A DNA stretch of 64,000 bases from an uncultured bacterium (GTDB taxonomy: Bacteria; Omnitrophota; Omnitrophia; Omnitrophales; Aquincolibacteriaceae): assembly GCA_964385615.1 (NCBI GenBank), contig CAYLPP010000003.1:203288-267287 (forward strand). Reading direction: 5' to 3'. Under the pieces are notes generated by a model. It made no database searches. It saw only the letters and a program-made list of their open reading frames with translations, and had not been told where the DNA came from. Positions 1 through 10,600 of this stretch are shown in pieces. The first letter of the stretch is position 1. Each line of letters starts with the position of its first letter. The position numbers and the translations under genes were made by a program.

Positions 1-316
1 TATAAACCGCCATGTTGGCCGAAGAGCCTGAATGAGGCTGAACGTTGGCGTATTCGGCGCCAAACACAGCCTTCGCCCGGTCGATCGCAAGCTTTTCAAC
101 GGTATCGGCATTCTCACAGCCTCCGTACCAGCGTTTGGCCGGATAGCCTTCCGCGTATTTATTGGTCAGCACGGAACCGGCCGCTTCCAGCACCGCCGGC
201 GACGTAAAATTTTCGCTGGCAATCAGCTCGATATTGTCATTTTGCCGGTGTATTTCGTGCCGGATCGCTTCAAAAATTTCAGGATCCTGGTTTTTAAGAA
301 AAGAATCAGAGGCCAT
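1..316 (-). CDS. glyA: serine hydroxymethyltransferase, N-terminal part (runs off the left edge)
   Basis: Reverse-strand translation from the ATG at 316 reads [98 protein letters not shown], the canonical SHMT N-terminus. There is no stop codon before the window edge. Confidence 0.85.
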   Translation of the reverse strand, partial: MASDSFLKNQDPEIFEAIRHEIHRQNDNIELIASENFTSPAVLEAAGSVLTNKYAEGYPAKRWYGGCENADTVEKLAIDRAKAVFGAEYANVQPHSGSSANMAVY

Positions 317-770
317 GCTGTTTTTCGTACTGTTTGATTTTGTTAACACGCTGCTCATGTCGTCCCCCTTCAAACGGTGTCTTGAGCCATGTTTCGATGA
401 CAGGAATAACCAAAGCCGGATCCATGAAACCGGACCCAAGAATCAGCATATTGGAATCGTTGTGACCACGGCACAGTTCAGCTTCTTTCACGGTGTGCAC
501 CAGCGCCGCACGAACGCCTTTAACTTTATTCGCGGCGATCGCGGAACCAATCCCGGTGTAGCAAACCCCGATCGCGCGGGAACATTCTCCCTTACTGACT
601 TTTTCAGCAGCGGGAAACATGAAGTCCGGATAATCCGCGGAATCGGCGGAATTCGTACCGCAATCAATGACTTCATACCCATTTTTTTCAAGCCAGCCGA
701 TTACCTGTTTTTTAACTTCAAAACCCCGGTGATCGCAGGCGAAAGCAATTTTTTTATCCGAAGCGCTCAT
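306..770 (-). CDS. rpiB: ribose-5-phosphate isomerase B (RpiB/LacAB family)
   Basis: 154 aa with [14 protein letters not shown]...CGTN...[26 protein letters not shown], the RpiB signature. The 11-bp overlap with the glyA start fits a ywlF-glyA arrangement. Confidence 0.85.
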   Translation of the reverse strand: MSASDKKIAFACDHRGFEVKKQVIGWLEKNGYEVIDCGTNSADSADYPDFMFPAAEKVSKGECSRAIGVCYTGIGSAIAANKVKGVRAALVHTVKEAELCRGHNDSNMLILGSGFMDPALVIPVIETWLKTPFEGGRHEQRVNKIKQYEKQHGL

Positions 771-1825
771 TGCACGATTCTCGGCCAGAATTCCCTGGTT
801 TTCTTTTCGATGTTTTTAATCACTTCTTCATAAATCAGCATCCCCATACCGATAGGGTCGGGAATATTCAAAACAATAATTTTATCCTTGGCTGCCGGAA
901 AAAGCCCGCTGATAAAAACGTAATGTTCGTGAGACATCGCAAACACAACATCCGCGTCTTCAATATCCTGCCTTTTGCAGAGTTTGCTGGTGTGCTTTGA
1001 AATATCCACTTCCCGGTTCTGCATAACCAGAACAGCTTCGGGAGTCGCTTTCGCGCCGTCACGCGCGCCGATACCGCAGGAAGCCACTTCAATCTGCTCA
1101 TGCAAACCTTTATGGCGCAATTCGTCGCGAAGCCAGCCTTCGGCCATTGGAGAACGGCAGGAGTTTCCCGTGCAGACAAATAGAATTTTCTTACGGGGAA
1201 ATTTCCCCGATTTAATTTTCCCAAGCGCGAACTCAATCGCCTGAGCTTCCGCTCCGCCGCGGATCAGCACCGGTTCTTTTTCGGACAAATCCACAATGGT
1301 GGATTCCTGAGCGTACTCCGTTTTTCCGCTGTCAATCAGGTAATCAATCTTACCCTCAAGGGCTTGAGCCACTTCGTCCGCCGAAACCGGAGACGGTCCG
1401 CCGGACAGATTCGCGCTGGTTCCGAAAAAAGGTTCTCCCGCCGCGTTAATCATGGCAGTTGTCACACGGTGCCTGGGATACCGCAATCCAATCTTTTCCC
1501 CCTGCTGATTCGGCACAATTAATGTCAAAGGCCCTGGCCAGAAAAGACGGGTGAGGTAGCGGAACTCCGGAGTTTTTTTAATCTTCAAAAACTCCAGCAT
1601 CTCAAGACTGCCGATATGGTAGGTATATTTCTTACCCATTTCCCGGTTTTTAACCGCGTCCAGCGCCTGGCTGATATTCGGCGCGCTGATAGCCCCGCCA
1701 ATCCCGTAAACCGTCTCCGTCGGAAACGCAATCACCTTGCCTTCACGGGCAGCGCGAACGACATCCCGAATTTTTGAAAGGTCCGGGTCTTTAGCGTCGA
1801 GCTTGATGACTGCGGTGGTTTTCAT
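767..1825 (-). CDS. fusion protein: L-threonylcarbamoyladenylate synthase (TsaC/YwlC/Sua5-YrdC domain) plus a low-molecular-weight protein tyrosine/arginine phosphatase (YwlE-like)
   Basis: The N-terminal half carries YrdC motifs (VIAFPTETVYGIGG, GTSANLSGGPSP). The C-terminal half carries the LMW-PTP P-loop CTGNSCRSPMAEG (CX5R) and a DP motif. The 4-bp overlaps with neighbours fit an operon. Confidence 0.8.
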   Translation of the reverse strand: MKTTAVIKLDAKDPDLSKIRDVVRAAREGKVIAFPTETVYGIGGAISAPNISQALDAVKNREMGKKYTYHIGSLEMLEFLKIKKTPEFRYLTRLFWPGPLTLIVPNQQGEKIGLRYPRHRVTTAMINAAGEPFFGTSANLSGGPSPVSADEVAQALEGKIDYLIDSGKTEYAQESTIVDLSEKEPVLIRGGAEAQAIEFALGKIKSGKFPRKKILFVCTGNSCRSPMAEGWLRDELRHKGLHEQIEVASCGIGARDGAKATPEAVLVMQNREVDISKHTSKLCKRQDIEDADVVFAMSHEHYVFISGLFPAAKDKIIVLNIPDPIGMGMLIYEEVIKNIEKKTREFWPRIVQ

Positions 1826-1827
1826 TT

Positions 1828-2325
1828 TTATTTGCTGTACGCGGTTTGCTGAAGCTTGGCGTCTTTTTCTTTCACGCCTTCAGCCATTTTCTTTTTGAAA
1901 GCCGTCAGCTTATCAGCCATCGCGCTATCAGCCACTCCAAGAATCTGAGCCGCGAGAATACCCGCGTTACGCGCGCCATTGACCGCGACCGTGGCCACCG
2001 GAATCCCGGCAGGCATCTGGACCGTCGCGAGAAGCGCGTCAAAGCCCTGAAGCGGTGAAGAATTCACGGGAACCCCGACAACCGGCAAAGTGGTATGGGC
2101 CGCAATCACACCGGCAAGGTGCGCCGCGCCGCCCGCGCCCGCGATAAAAACACGAAAACCTTTTTCTTTGGCGCTGGTCACAAAAGCAGCCACTTCATGA
2201 GGCGTCCGGTGCGCGGACATCACATGGATTTCATATCCAATGCCAAAATCCTTCAATACGGCCGCGGCCTCGTTCATGACCGGAAGATCGGAATCACTGC
2301 CCATTAAAATAGCGACTTTACTCAT
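1828..2325 (-). CDS. purE: N5-carboxyaminoimidazole ribonucleotide mutase
   Basis: 165 aa with KVAILMGSDSDLPVM...VMSAHRTP...FIAGAGGAAHLAGV, a typical PurE. Confidence 0.9.
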   Translation of the reverse strand: MSKVAILMGSDSDLPVMNEAAAVLKDFGIGYEIHVMSAHRTPHEVAAFVTSAKEKGFRVFIAGAGGAAHLAGVIAAHTTLPVVGVPVNSSPLQGFDALLATVQMPAGIPVATVAVNGARNAGILAAQILGVADSAMADKLTAFKKKMAEGVKEKDAKLQQTAYSK

Positions 2326-3602
2326 TTTAAAACCTCCATAGCTCTACGGCCGATATCACGGCGGTAAAAACTGCCCTCGAATTGAATGTGAGCAATTTGC
2401 GAATAAGCCCGGTCGTGAGCGGCTTTCAGATTTTCTCCCAAAACCGTCACCACCAAAACCCGCCCGCCCGAAGTGATCACTTCGTTACGTTCATTTTTAG
2501 AAGTTCCTGAGTGAAACACAAAAACATCTTCCTGACGCGCCACAGTGTCAATCCCCTGAATCGGAAAACCCTTGTGATAAAAACCCGGGTAACCGCCGGA
2601 AGCAATCACAATGCCCATGCAAGCTTTGTCATGCCACTCCAGTTTTTCAGTGGAAAGCGAACCATTGGCGATCTCAGCAAGAATCGGAAGGATATCGGAT
2701 TTCATGCGCGGTAAAATAACCTGGGCTTCAGGATCACCAAAACGGCAATTGTATTCCAGAAGCATGGGGCCGTTTTTAGTCAGCATGATACCGGCATACA
2801 AAATCCCTTTATACGGCGTGCCTTCAGCCGCCAAGCCTTTAACCATAGGTCGAATCGCGATATCGATAATTTCATTGAACTTTTCTTCAGAAACAAACGG
2901 ACACGGAGAATAAGCACCCATCCCGCCGGTGTTGGGGCCTTTGTCGTAATCATAAGCGCGTTTGTGATCCTGCGCGCTGGCCAGCGGAATAATTTTTTCA
3001 CCGTCACTGAGCGCCAGAATGGAAACCTCTTCACCTTCCAGCTTTTTCTCAACGACGACTCTTTTGCCCGCGTCGCCGAAAACACCTTCCGCCATCATGC
3101 GCGTCAGAGCGGCAACCGCGTCCTGCGTGTTGTCGCAAATCACGACGCCTTTGCCTGCGGCGAGGCCGTCAGCCTTGATGACGACCGGCATTTCCGTTTC
3201 AATGCAGAAATGTTTGGCTTCATTCACATTGGAGAAAACTTCATAATCGGCCGTGGGAATGCCGAACTTGGACATCTGGTCTTTGGCAAAAGCTTTACTG
3301 CCTTCCAGCATGGCCGTATGTTTGGAGGGACCAAAAATTTTCAAGCCGGCCGCTTCGAAAGTATCCACAATACCGGCAACCAGCGGCGCTTCAGGACCAA
3401 CCACCGTCAAATCAATAGCTTCGCGCTGGGCAAATTCCAGGAGTCCCTGAATATTGTCAGCTTCAATAGGCTGGCATTCGGCGATTTGAGAAATTCCCGC
3501 GTTTCCGGGGGCCGCGTAAAGTTTGGTTAGAAGAGGGCTTTGTGAAATTTTCCAGGCCAATGCGTGTTCCCTGCCGCCCGAACCGACGATTAAAACCTTC
3601 AT
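2322..3602 (-). CDS. purD: phosphoribosylamine--glycine ligase
   Basis: 426 aa with MKVLIVGSGGREHALAWK and an ATP-grasp core (KADGLAAGKGV, GPNTGGMGAYSP). Confidence 0.9.
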   Translation of the reverse strand: MKVLIVGSGGREHALAWKISQSPLLTKLYAAPGNAGISQIAECQPIEADNIQGLLEFAQREAIDLTVVGPEAPLVAGIVDTFEAAGLKIFGPSKHTAMLEGSKAFAKDQMSKFGIPTADYEVFSNVNEAKHFCIETEMPVVIKADGLAAGKGVVICDNTQDAVAALTRMMAEGVFGDAGKRVVVEKKLEGEEVSILALSDGEKIIPLASAQDHKRAYDYDKGPNTGGMGAYSPCPFVSEEKFNEIIDIAIRPMVKGLAAEGTPYKGILYAGIMLTKNGPMLLEYNCRFGDPEAQVILPRMKSDILPILAEIANGSLSTEKLEWHDKACMGIVIASGGYPGFYHKGFPIQGIDTVARQEDVFVFHSGTSKNERNEVITSGGRVLVVTVLGENLKAAHDRAYSQIAHIQFEGSFYRRDIGRRAMEVLK

Positions 3603-4615
3603 ACCACCTCCACCGAACGCCGACGGGTAATTTCACCAATCACCCACGACTGAAGTTTAAATTTTTCAAGCGTTTTAAGGGCCTGCTTCGAATACATGGC
3701 GTCGACAATCACCACCATGCCGATTCCCATATTAAAGGTCCGCGACATTTCGAAGTCAGATATGTTACCAGATTTCTGAACCGTGCGGAAGATAGCCGGA
3801 GCCGTCCATTCATCACGCACCAGTGTGGCGCCATAAGGTTCAGGAATGACACGAGGCAGGTTATCAATGAAACCGCCTCCGGTGATATTGACAATCCCCT
3901 TCACAGGGAGGGTCTTCATCAATGCCAGCACGGGTTTTACATAAATACGGGTAGGAGTCAGAAGCTCACGGCCGATACGGCCTTTAAGCTCCTTATTTGA
4001 GAAGATCTTCCTTAATAGAGAGTAGCCGTTGGAATGGAAGCCTGAGGAGGCAATCCCGATAATGGCGTCTCCAGGCTTAATGGTCCGTCCGGAAATAACT
4101 TTCGTGCGGTCAACCACCCCGACTGAAAAACCGGCGATATCATACTGGGCATCTCCCTTCGCGCCTGATTCATAGAAGCCAGGCATAATGGCCGTTTCCC
4201 CGCCGGTCAGCGCGCAGCCAGCCTGACGGCAGCCGTCCACCACGCCTTTCAGGACCTGCTTGATGACTTTGGGTTCAAAGCGGCCGGAGGCAAAGTAATC
4301 GAGAAAGAAAATAGGCTGAGCGCCGCAGGTAATGATGTCATTGACGCACATGGCGACCAGATCAACGCCAATGGTGTCATGTTTTCCCTGAAGGCGCGCG
4401 ATTTCAAGCTTGGTGCCGACACCGTCAGTGGAAGAAACAAGGAGAGGATCTTTAACGCCTGATTTTTTGGGATCAAAGAGGGCGGCAAAACCGGTGGCAC
4501 TGCCCAGCACGCCGGGCACGTGCGTAGAACGGATCAGTTTGGTAATTTCACGGTTATAACCCGGATCGCCTTTTAAGTGAGGCACTCCGGCTTTTTCATA
4601 AGTCCAGTTCTTCAT
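3599..4615 (-). CDS. purM: phosphoribosylformylglycinamidine cyclo-ligase (AIR synthetase)
   Basis: MKNWTYEKAGV... aligns with the PurM N-terminus (YKNAGVDI). The ORF-track start at 4624 is a TTG; the ATG at 4615 is preferred. PurM/PurL-type AIRS domains are present. Confidence 0.9.
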   Translation of the reverse strand: MKNWTYEKAGVPHLKGDPGYNREITKLIRSTHVPGVLGSATGFAALFDPKKSGVKDPLLVSSTDGVGTKLEIARLQGKHDTIGVDLVAMCVNDIITCGAQPIFFLDYFASGRFEPKVIKQVLKGVVDGCRQAGCALTGGETAIMPGFYESGAKGDAQYDIAGFSVGVVDRTKVISGRTIKPGDAIIGIASSGFHSNGYSLLRKIFSNKELKGRIGRELLTPTRIYVKPVLALMKTLPVKGIVNITGGGFIDNLPRVIPEPYGATLVRDEWTAPAIFRTVQKSGNISDFEMSRTFNMGIGMVVIVDAMYSKQALKTLEKFKLQSWVIGEITRRRSVEVV

Positions 4616-4693
4616 ACCCCTCAAAAATTTAGAGGGGCAGTATACTCTATTCCCTATACGAATTGCCAGACAAAAGAAAGAGAAGGCTGGAGA

Positions 4694-7600
4694 TCAGGAA
4701 GGATTCACGCGGTTGCGGTCGCGAACGTCGTTCACAAGCCGTTCAAGAGTGGTCGGCCCCGAAATGTTTTCCGCAACTTGGGCGCTTGGGCCATTCACCG
4801 AACCGTTATTCGAGAGATTCATGACGCTCTCTGAGGACTGTGACTTTTCAGTTCTGATTTCCGCGGGCGGATAGTAAGGCGTTCCGGCAAAAACCGATGC
4901 TTGATAACCCATCACACTATTGATCTCGGCCGCGTTCCCGGAAATCACTGGAACCGTATTGAAAAGCATGGGGTTTGAAAAATCCGGCATCGCGGAGAAG
5001 ACCGTACGGGTCAGATTCTGATTCCATTCGAAACCGCCGCCAAAAACCGCGGAAGGTTCCCCGCCGGACACGGTCAAAACTTCAGGAACAGTCAAGGTGA
5101 TTGGACTTTCGAGCGCCGGTGAAGCGGCCGCTTTAGGTGTAACAGAAACCGTTTGAACCGGCGCGGAAACGGGCGTAACCGAAACCGTTCGAACCGGAGC
5201 CGGAGGAAGCGGTAAATTTTTAACTTCAATGGATCTCACGGGCGCCGTTGAATTAGTATTTAAAAACACTGTTTGCTGAATCACGACATTTTCAAAACTA
5301 ACCGTTTCAACATAAACCGGAGCCGTTGGAGCTGTCACGCTCGCCGCCGCGCTGATCTTCGCACTTCCGCTGTAGGCGGCGGTCTCTGAGTTGTAACCGA
5401 CGCGAATGGAACCATTCGTAATCACGCCGCTGAGCAATTCAATATTCACGAACGAAATATTCTGCAGCTGCTCCTCTGTCAACTTATCGCTGATAAGGCC
5501 CAGAACAAAATCATCCAGAGGCGGCTGCATCAGAATCGAATGGCGCAGGTTTCCCGACTGTCCGGTTTTCTTAACCAGATAGTTACCGTTAAGGCCGGCC
5601 ATTGGCGCGGAACCCCATTCATAACCAAAAGCGCTTGGATTCGCGAAAATCGCAGCAATATCAATCGGAAGTGATTCGACCGGCACAGGCTGGCCAAAAG
5701 TTCCCGTATTCCAGTTTCCTCCAATATATGAAATCGATGCGGTGACAACTTGCGAACCCGGAATCGACGTGGGCGCCTGGTTCGGGCTCAGCGGCGCACC
5801 CGGATTAGGATTAGGATTGGGATTCGGCTGAGGCTGCGGTCCCGGATTAGGCGCCGGGTTTGGTTGCGGCGCCGGATTAGGATTTGGATTCGGCTGAGGC
5901 GCAGGATTCGGGTTCGGATTCGCAGGAGGCTGATCCGGGCCCGGAGCCGGAACTGGCGCTGACGGAAACACAGAAGCCACAATAGTACTTAAACTCACAC
6001 GAAGCGTGTAGTGATACATGTGGCCGTGCTGTTCAGTCGACCACACATTCAAGTTCGTGAAATTAATCCCGAAAGTATCGCCGCTGCGGTCAACGTCATT
6101 AATGGAAAGAACACCGTCCGCGTTATCACCGAGTGAAACAACATAATTTTTCATCAGGGTCATGATGTCGAGTTCTATAACGGTGTTGTTGTCTTTGATC
6201 AAAAGACCTCTGCCGGAATTTCCCGCCCCAATAATCAAAGTGTCATTCCCCACCGCGAAGGCTTCTCCGGAATTGGTGTAAGTGCCGGGAATACTGCGGA
6301 TCCCGCCCGAAACCAAATTAATGAGCTTAAGATTGCCGCCGCTATTGCCGGTCGACACCACCAGCTCATCACGGCCTTGCGTCATAAGGATGCCGCTCAT
6401 ACGGCCGGTCTCATATTCCGTAAGTCCCTGACTCGTCAGTGAAGTCCCGCTTAAATTGAATGTCTGAACAACGACTTTTTCCTCATCCGCGGACGTTCCG
6501 ACCAAATAAAGCTTGTTGCCCGAAACATGCATTGGTTTGTAAACGCCGCCGCCGATATGAAAATTTCCGATCGAGCTGCTGGCCGCGAGACCGCCGTTAC
6601 CGAAACGGTCAAACACGTAAATTTTCGGATCGCTCTCATAGGAGTTTGTATAAAGTAATAAATTTCCGTTATCATCGACATCGACCGATTTAAAAGCGTA
6701 ATAATCCGGGTCATTGATGTTTAATTCGAATATTTTCTTCTCCATGGTTACGGTGTTATAAACATAGCCGAACCGGTTACCGATGGTTCCCGCCATGAAC
6801 CGTTTATTCGCGGAATTCGCGGACCGAACATTGCCGTAATCTCCGAAATTATGCCCCGCGAGCGGTTCACCCAGGAGCACGACCAAATCTGACTCTGAAA
6901 TAATGATCTCCGTGAATTCCCCGGTTGACTGATTAAATTTCCCGAACAGCGGACGGTCATCTTCTTCAATATCACGATGGAAAAGCGTGTTCCCGGCACC
7001 GCCCGAGGACGGAGAGGGCCAGTAAGCAATCATGTATTGTTCGTTTGGACCCGCGGAAATATTCATGCCGTCGGGAATAACGTTCGGATCGCGCACAATC
7101 CGCGTTGAGGGAATAAATGGAGGCTCCTGCGGCTCCGGAGCTTCAGGAAGTTCGGGTTCCTGCGGATTCTGAGGGCCTGTGGGCGGAATCGGATTGCCCG
7201 TACTTTCTCCGAGAATAAAAAATCCGGTTATCGGAGTATCGAGAGCCTGCCCCGCGTAACTCACATGGATAACATAATCAAAGCGCGTTCCGGCCGGAGC
7301 AGACCCGGGAATTGAAAAATCAAAACTCGAAATCTGACCATCCTGGGTAATCCAGGCCGTACCGCTTCTGCTGGTGTACGGATAAAAATAGTAAGGATGC
7401 TGTACATCCACCTGTAAAGAAATCGCCGCGGGCGGTGTCATATTTTCAGGCCATTCATTCCCAATCTCATCCGTCCTTATCACAATCGTCGCGGACCCCG
7501 GCGTTTCAGGAATTCCCGGAGGCGCCCCGGGGGTTCCGGCCTGGGAAGTAATTCCAAGTACATTCGCCCGGGCATACTGTTGTCCCGGCTGAGGACCTTC

Positions 7601-10600
7601 AGGGCCCCAATTCGAAACAGGTCCCACGGGATTCTCAGGCCCCTGCGGCGGAGCCGGAGGCACCGGATTTTCAGGTCCTTGCCCAGGACCCGGAGCCGGA
7701 GGATTCTGATTTTGTCCGTAGATAAAGATTCCCGTTCTCGGAGAAGCAACCGGAATCCCGTTTTGGGTCATGGTGATTTCATAATAAAGCTGTTCCCCGG
7801 CCTGAATTCCGTTGGGATAAAGATAAGCTGTCATACTCACATGGCCCGGAGCAAATTGTTCCTGTCCCTGCCAGCCGAACGCGAAACCGTTTTCATCGTG
7901 GTATTTCACAACGACATGCGCTTCAACCGGCGGATTATAATTTTGAAGACCTGAAAGTTCTGTGAAATCAAAATCAAAAGTAGCGGATCCCGCCAATTGT
8001 GAAATCACGGTGGACTGAACACTTACATCCCCGATCATGGTCTGAGGCTGGCCCGGATTTTGCGTAGGCGGCGTTGGTGTCGGACTCAGAGTAAATCCCT
8101 GACCGACGACAAAATCACCTTCGATCGTGTTTGCGATGTTTTCGCCGTTCTGCGTGATGGTAATCGTAAAATGCAGGGTCGTTCCATTTCCATAAATATT
8201 CCAAAAAGTCGTCGGCACTATGACCTGCCCGGAACCGGAAATATACGCGGCGCCGCCGCCGGCCGGTGTGGTCATATTATTACCTTCCTCATGAACGATA
8301 TTGATGGAGATAATCCCCTGCGGAGAAAGATTCTCAAACGTTGATCCAGCCGCAGGAGCGAGCGTCAACTCAAAGTTCGCGGTTCCCGGATTTGGGAATT
8401 GAGCCGATGACTGAATAATGGACAGCGTCGCCATGCCCTGAACCGGCTGACCATTCCCCGGATTCGGGTTCGGGTTTGGATTTGGGTTCGGATTTGGATT
8501 CGGCTGAGGCGCAGGATTCGGGTTCGGATTTGGTAACGGACCGTCGCCCTGCGGAAGCATTCCAACTGTCATCTTCCCGCTCAAGGTGAAACCGCTTTGC
8601 ATTTCGAGTGCGACATAAGAAATATCTTCAATCGCCACATCCGGCAAATTCGCTCGAATAAAATCAACAACGATCCGATCAAGCGGCTGGCCGGGAATCG
8701 TCAAAATGGAATAATAACTATTTCCCGACTCCACCCGCTGTTTCACAAGATACGTTCCGTTATATCCGGCGCTCGGAGCCGAAGTGAGAGAGTATCCGAA
8801 CTGCCCCGGATTTGCGTAAATGGCGGCAAGGTCCGGGCTCACGGCATCAAATCTGCTGAATCCGCCGGACGTGATCTGATATTCAGAACCCACTTGGACG
8901 AACTTCGCAGCTGCCGTTACGGTATTTGAAATGTCATAGCCGCGCAAAGGATTCTGCGGGGGCCACGGATCAGAGCCCTTATCGCCGGGATTAATATCAT
9001 CACCATTATGATCTATACCATCGTCAGTGCCATCGCCGTCGCCATCAACCATGCCGCAATTAATAGAACCGGTTTCCAGCCAGCTTAAAAACGGACAGGC
9101 CGGGCTCGCAGCGGAAGAGCTTAAGCGGCCGCTGTTGTTTCCATTGTCCCAGAAGAATAGAATTCCTTCACTGGTTTTGAGGAGATCAACACCTTCAATC
9201 GTATAAGGCGAGCTCGCCATGCCGATGGCCGCAAAGAAATTATCCATCCCGCGGCTCATTCCCTGCACAATATTTGAATAATATTTTCCTTCAATGAACG
9301 GGCCGCCGCGGCCCGTGAGCGACGCAACCGTCACGCTCGCATGCTGGAACACGCCTGAGTCGTTATACTGCTGCGAGAAAAGAAGGGTCATGCTCCAATC
9401 CCCCAAACCACCACTGCCTTTGAGAGTGAGAGCGGTATTGTGATCATGAACCTGAACGCCGGCAGGAGTATTGTTATCCACGGCAAATTCGAACCGCGAA
9501 ATCATCGCACCTGTGCCGAAATTTACTTCAGCATAGCTGTCTCCTGTAACAACAATGCTGCTGCCGCCCTGAGGAATTTCCACATGGTCAAGCGTGCTGA
9601 AAGAATATTTCTTAGTTCCATCCGGTTCAGGAGTGTCCAGCTGAACGCTTTGACTTTTTATGACATGCAGCTGATCATCGTAGGTCACAATGTTGAGATA
9701 GCTGTTCATCTCTAGATTGCCGGGCTGGGCCGGTTTTTCAATAATCCCATAGACTACCAATCCGCTGGAGGTGCGAGTCATGCGGGCATCGCCGGCGCTC
9801 AAACCGGGATTATTCAGATAATCCATGTTCAACATCTTGAAACTGGTTTGATTAACGATGTGCCCCGTGCTGTCAACCCTCATGAGGAAAAACTCGCCGT
9901 CACCGGCATTTTCAGGCTTGGTGCCTTTGCCGTTAAAGCCAAAAACCGTAAAGGTCCCGTCACTATTCGGCTCAACGTTATAAACCGTTTTCTTGAAACC
10001 GTTCTTGTCCTTCGCATTAAAATTGGGAATAATGATTTCCGTGCGGTCGACGACATTGCGTTTGACTTTGTCGCCGTTTGCAAGCGTGATCTCCACAGCG
10101 CGCGGAATTGAATACTTATAGAATTTAGCGGGTTCATTATCAGGGAAATCGCCGCCGCCCTTTGTGAAAATAACTCCGCCCGGTCCGACACTTCCAACTA
10201 AAACGCGGCCGTAGCAATCTTCCCGCAGCCCGCAAAGCTCTCCCCCTTTACGAGGCGTCTCTTCGTAAGACCCATCGGAAGTGTTTCTGACCCATACGGG
10301 AATCGCTTCTCCATCCGGTTTCGCGTAAACCGCGCCGTTCTGGAATGCAAAGGAAAGGGCTTGGCCTTTTTTGACCACCGTCCCATTGTCGTTCAAGTAC
10401 AATTCCGCGCCGCCGGCATCCTGCAAATTACCAAGCAAAGTGCCCAAACCAATCTGGTTCGTATAGATTTTTCCACCGGAAGCTGATTTAACGAACGGCA
10501 TGGTTTGGTCGCCGCCCGTTTCATCCCCGCCTCCGTCGCCCGGATCAATATCGCCTCCGCCAGGGCCCTTGCCGTCGTCATATTTCTTAATGAGTTCCAC

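Noticed and set aside
32-833. Plus-strand ORFs 32-337 and 162-833
   Set aside because: They are shadow ORFs opposite glyA and rpiB, which have strong homology-supported reading frames on the minus strand.
2964-3530. 188-aa plus-strand ORF inside purD (similar long antisense ORFs occur inside purL 34331-34933, purB 37856-38749, ligA 41440-42105 and gshA/ftsI)
   Set aside because: Each lies antisense to a confidently identified conserved gene, with no SD or family resemblance. These are typical high-GC shadow ORFs.
5750-5982. Antisense ORFs translating to RRRIRIRIR / LRIRTRILRL low-complexity peptides
   Set aside because: They are the complementary-strand reading of the (PN)n-coding GGATTNGG tracts inside the first giant gene. 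They are repeat artefacts, not genes.
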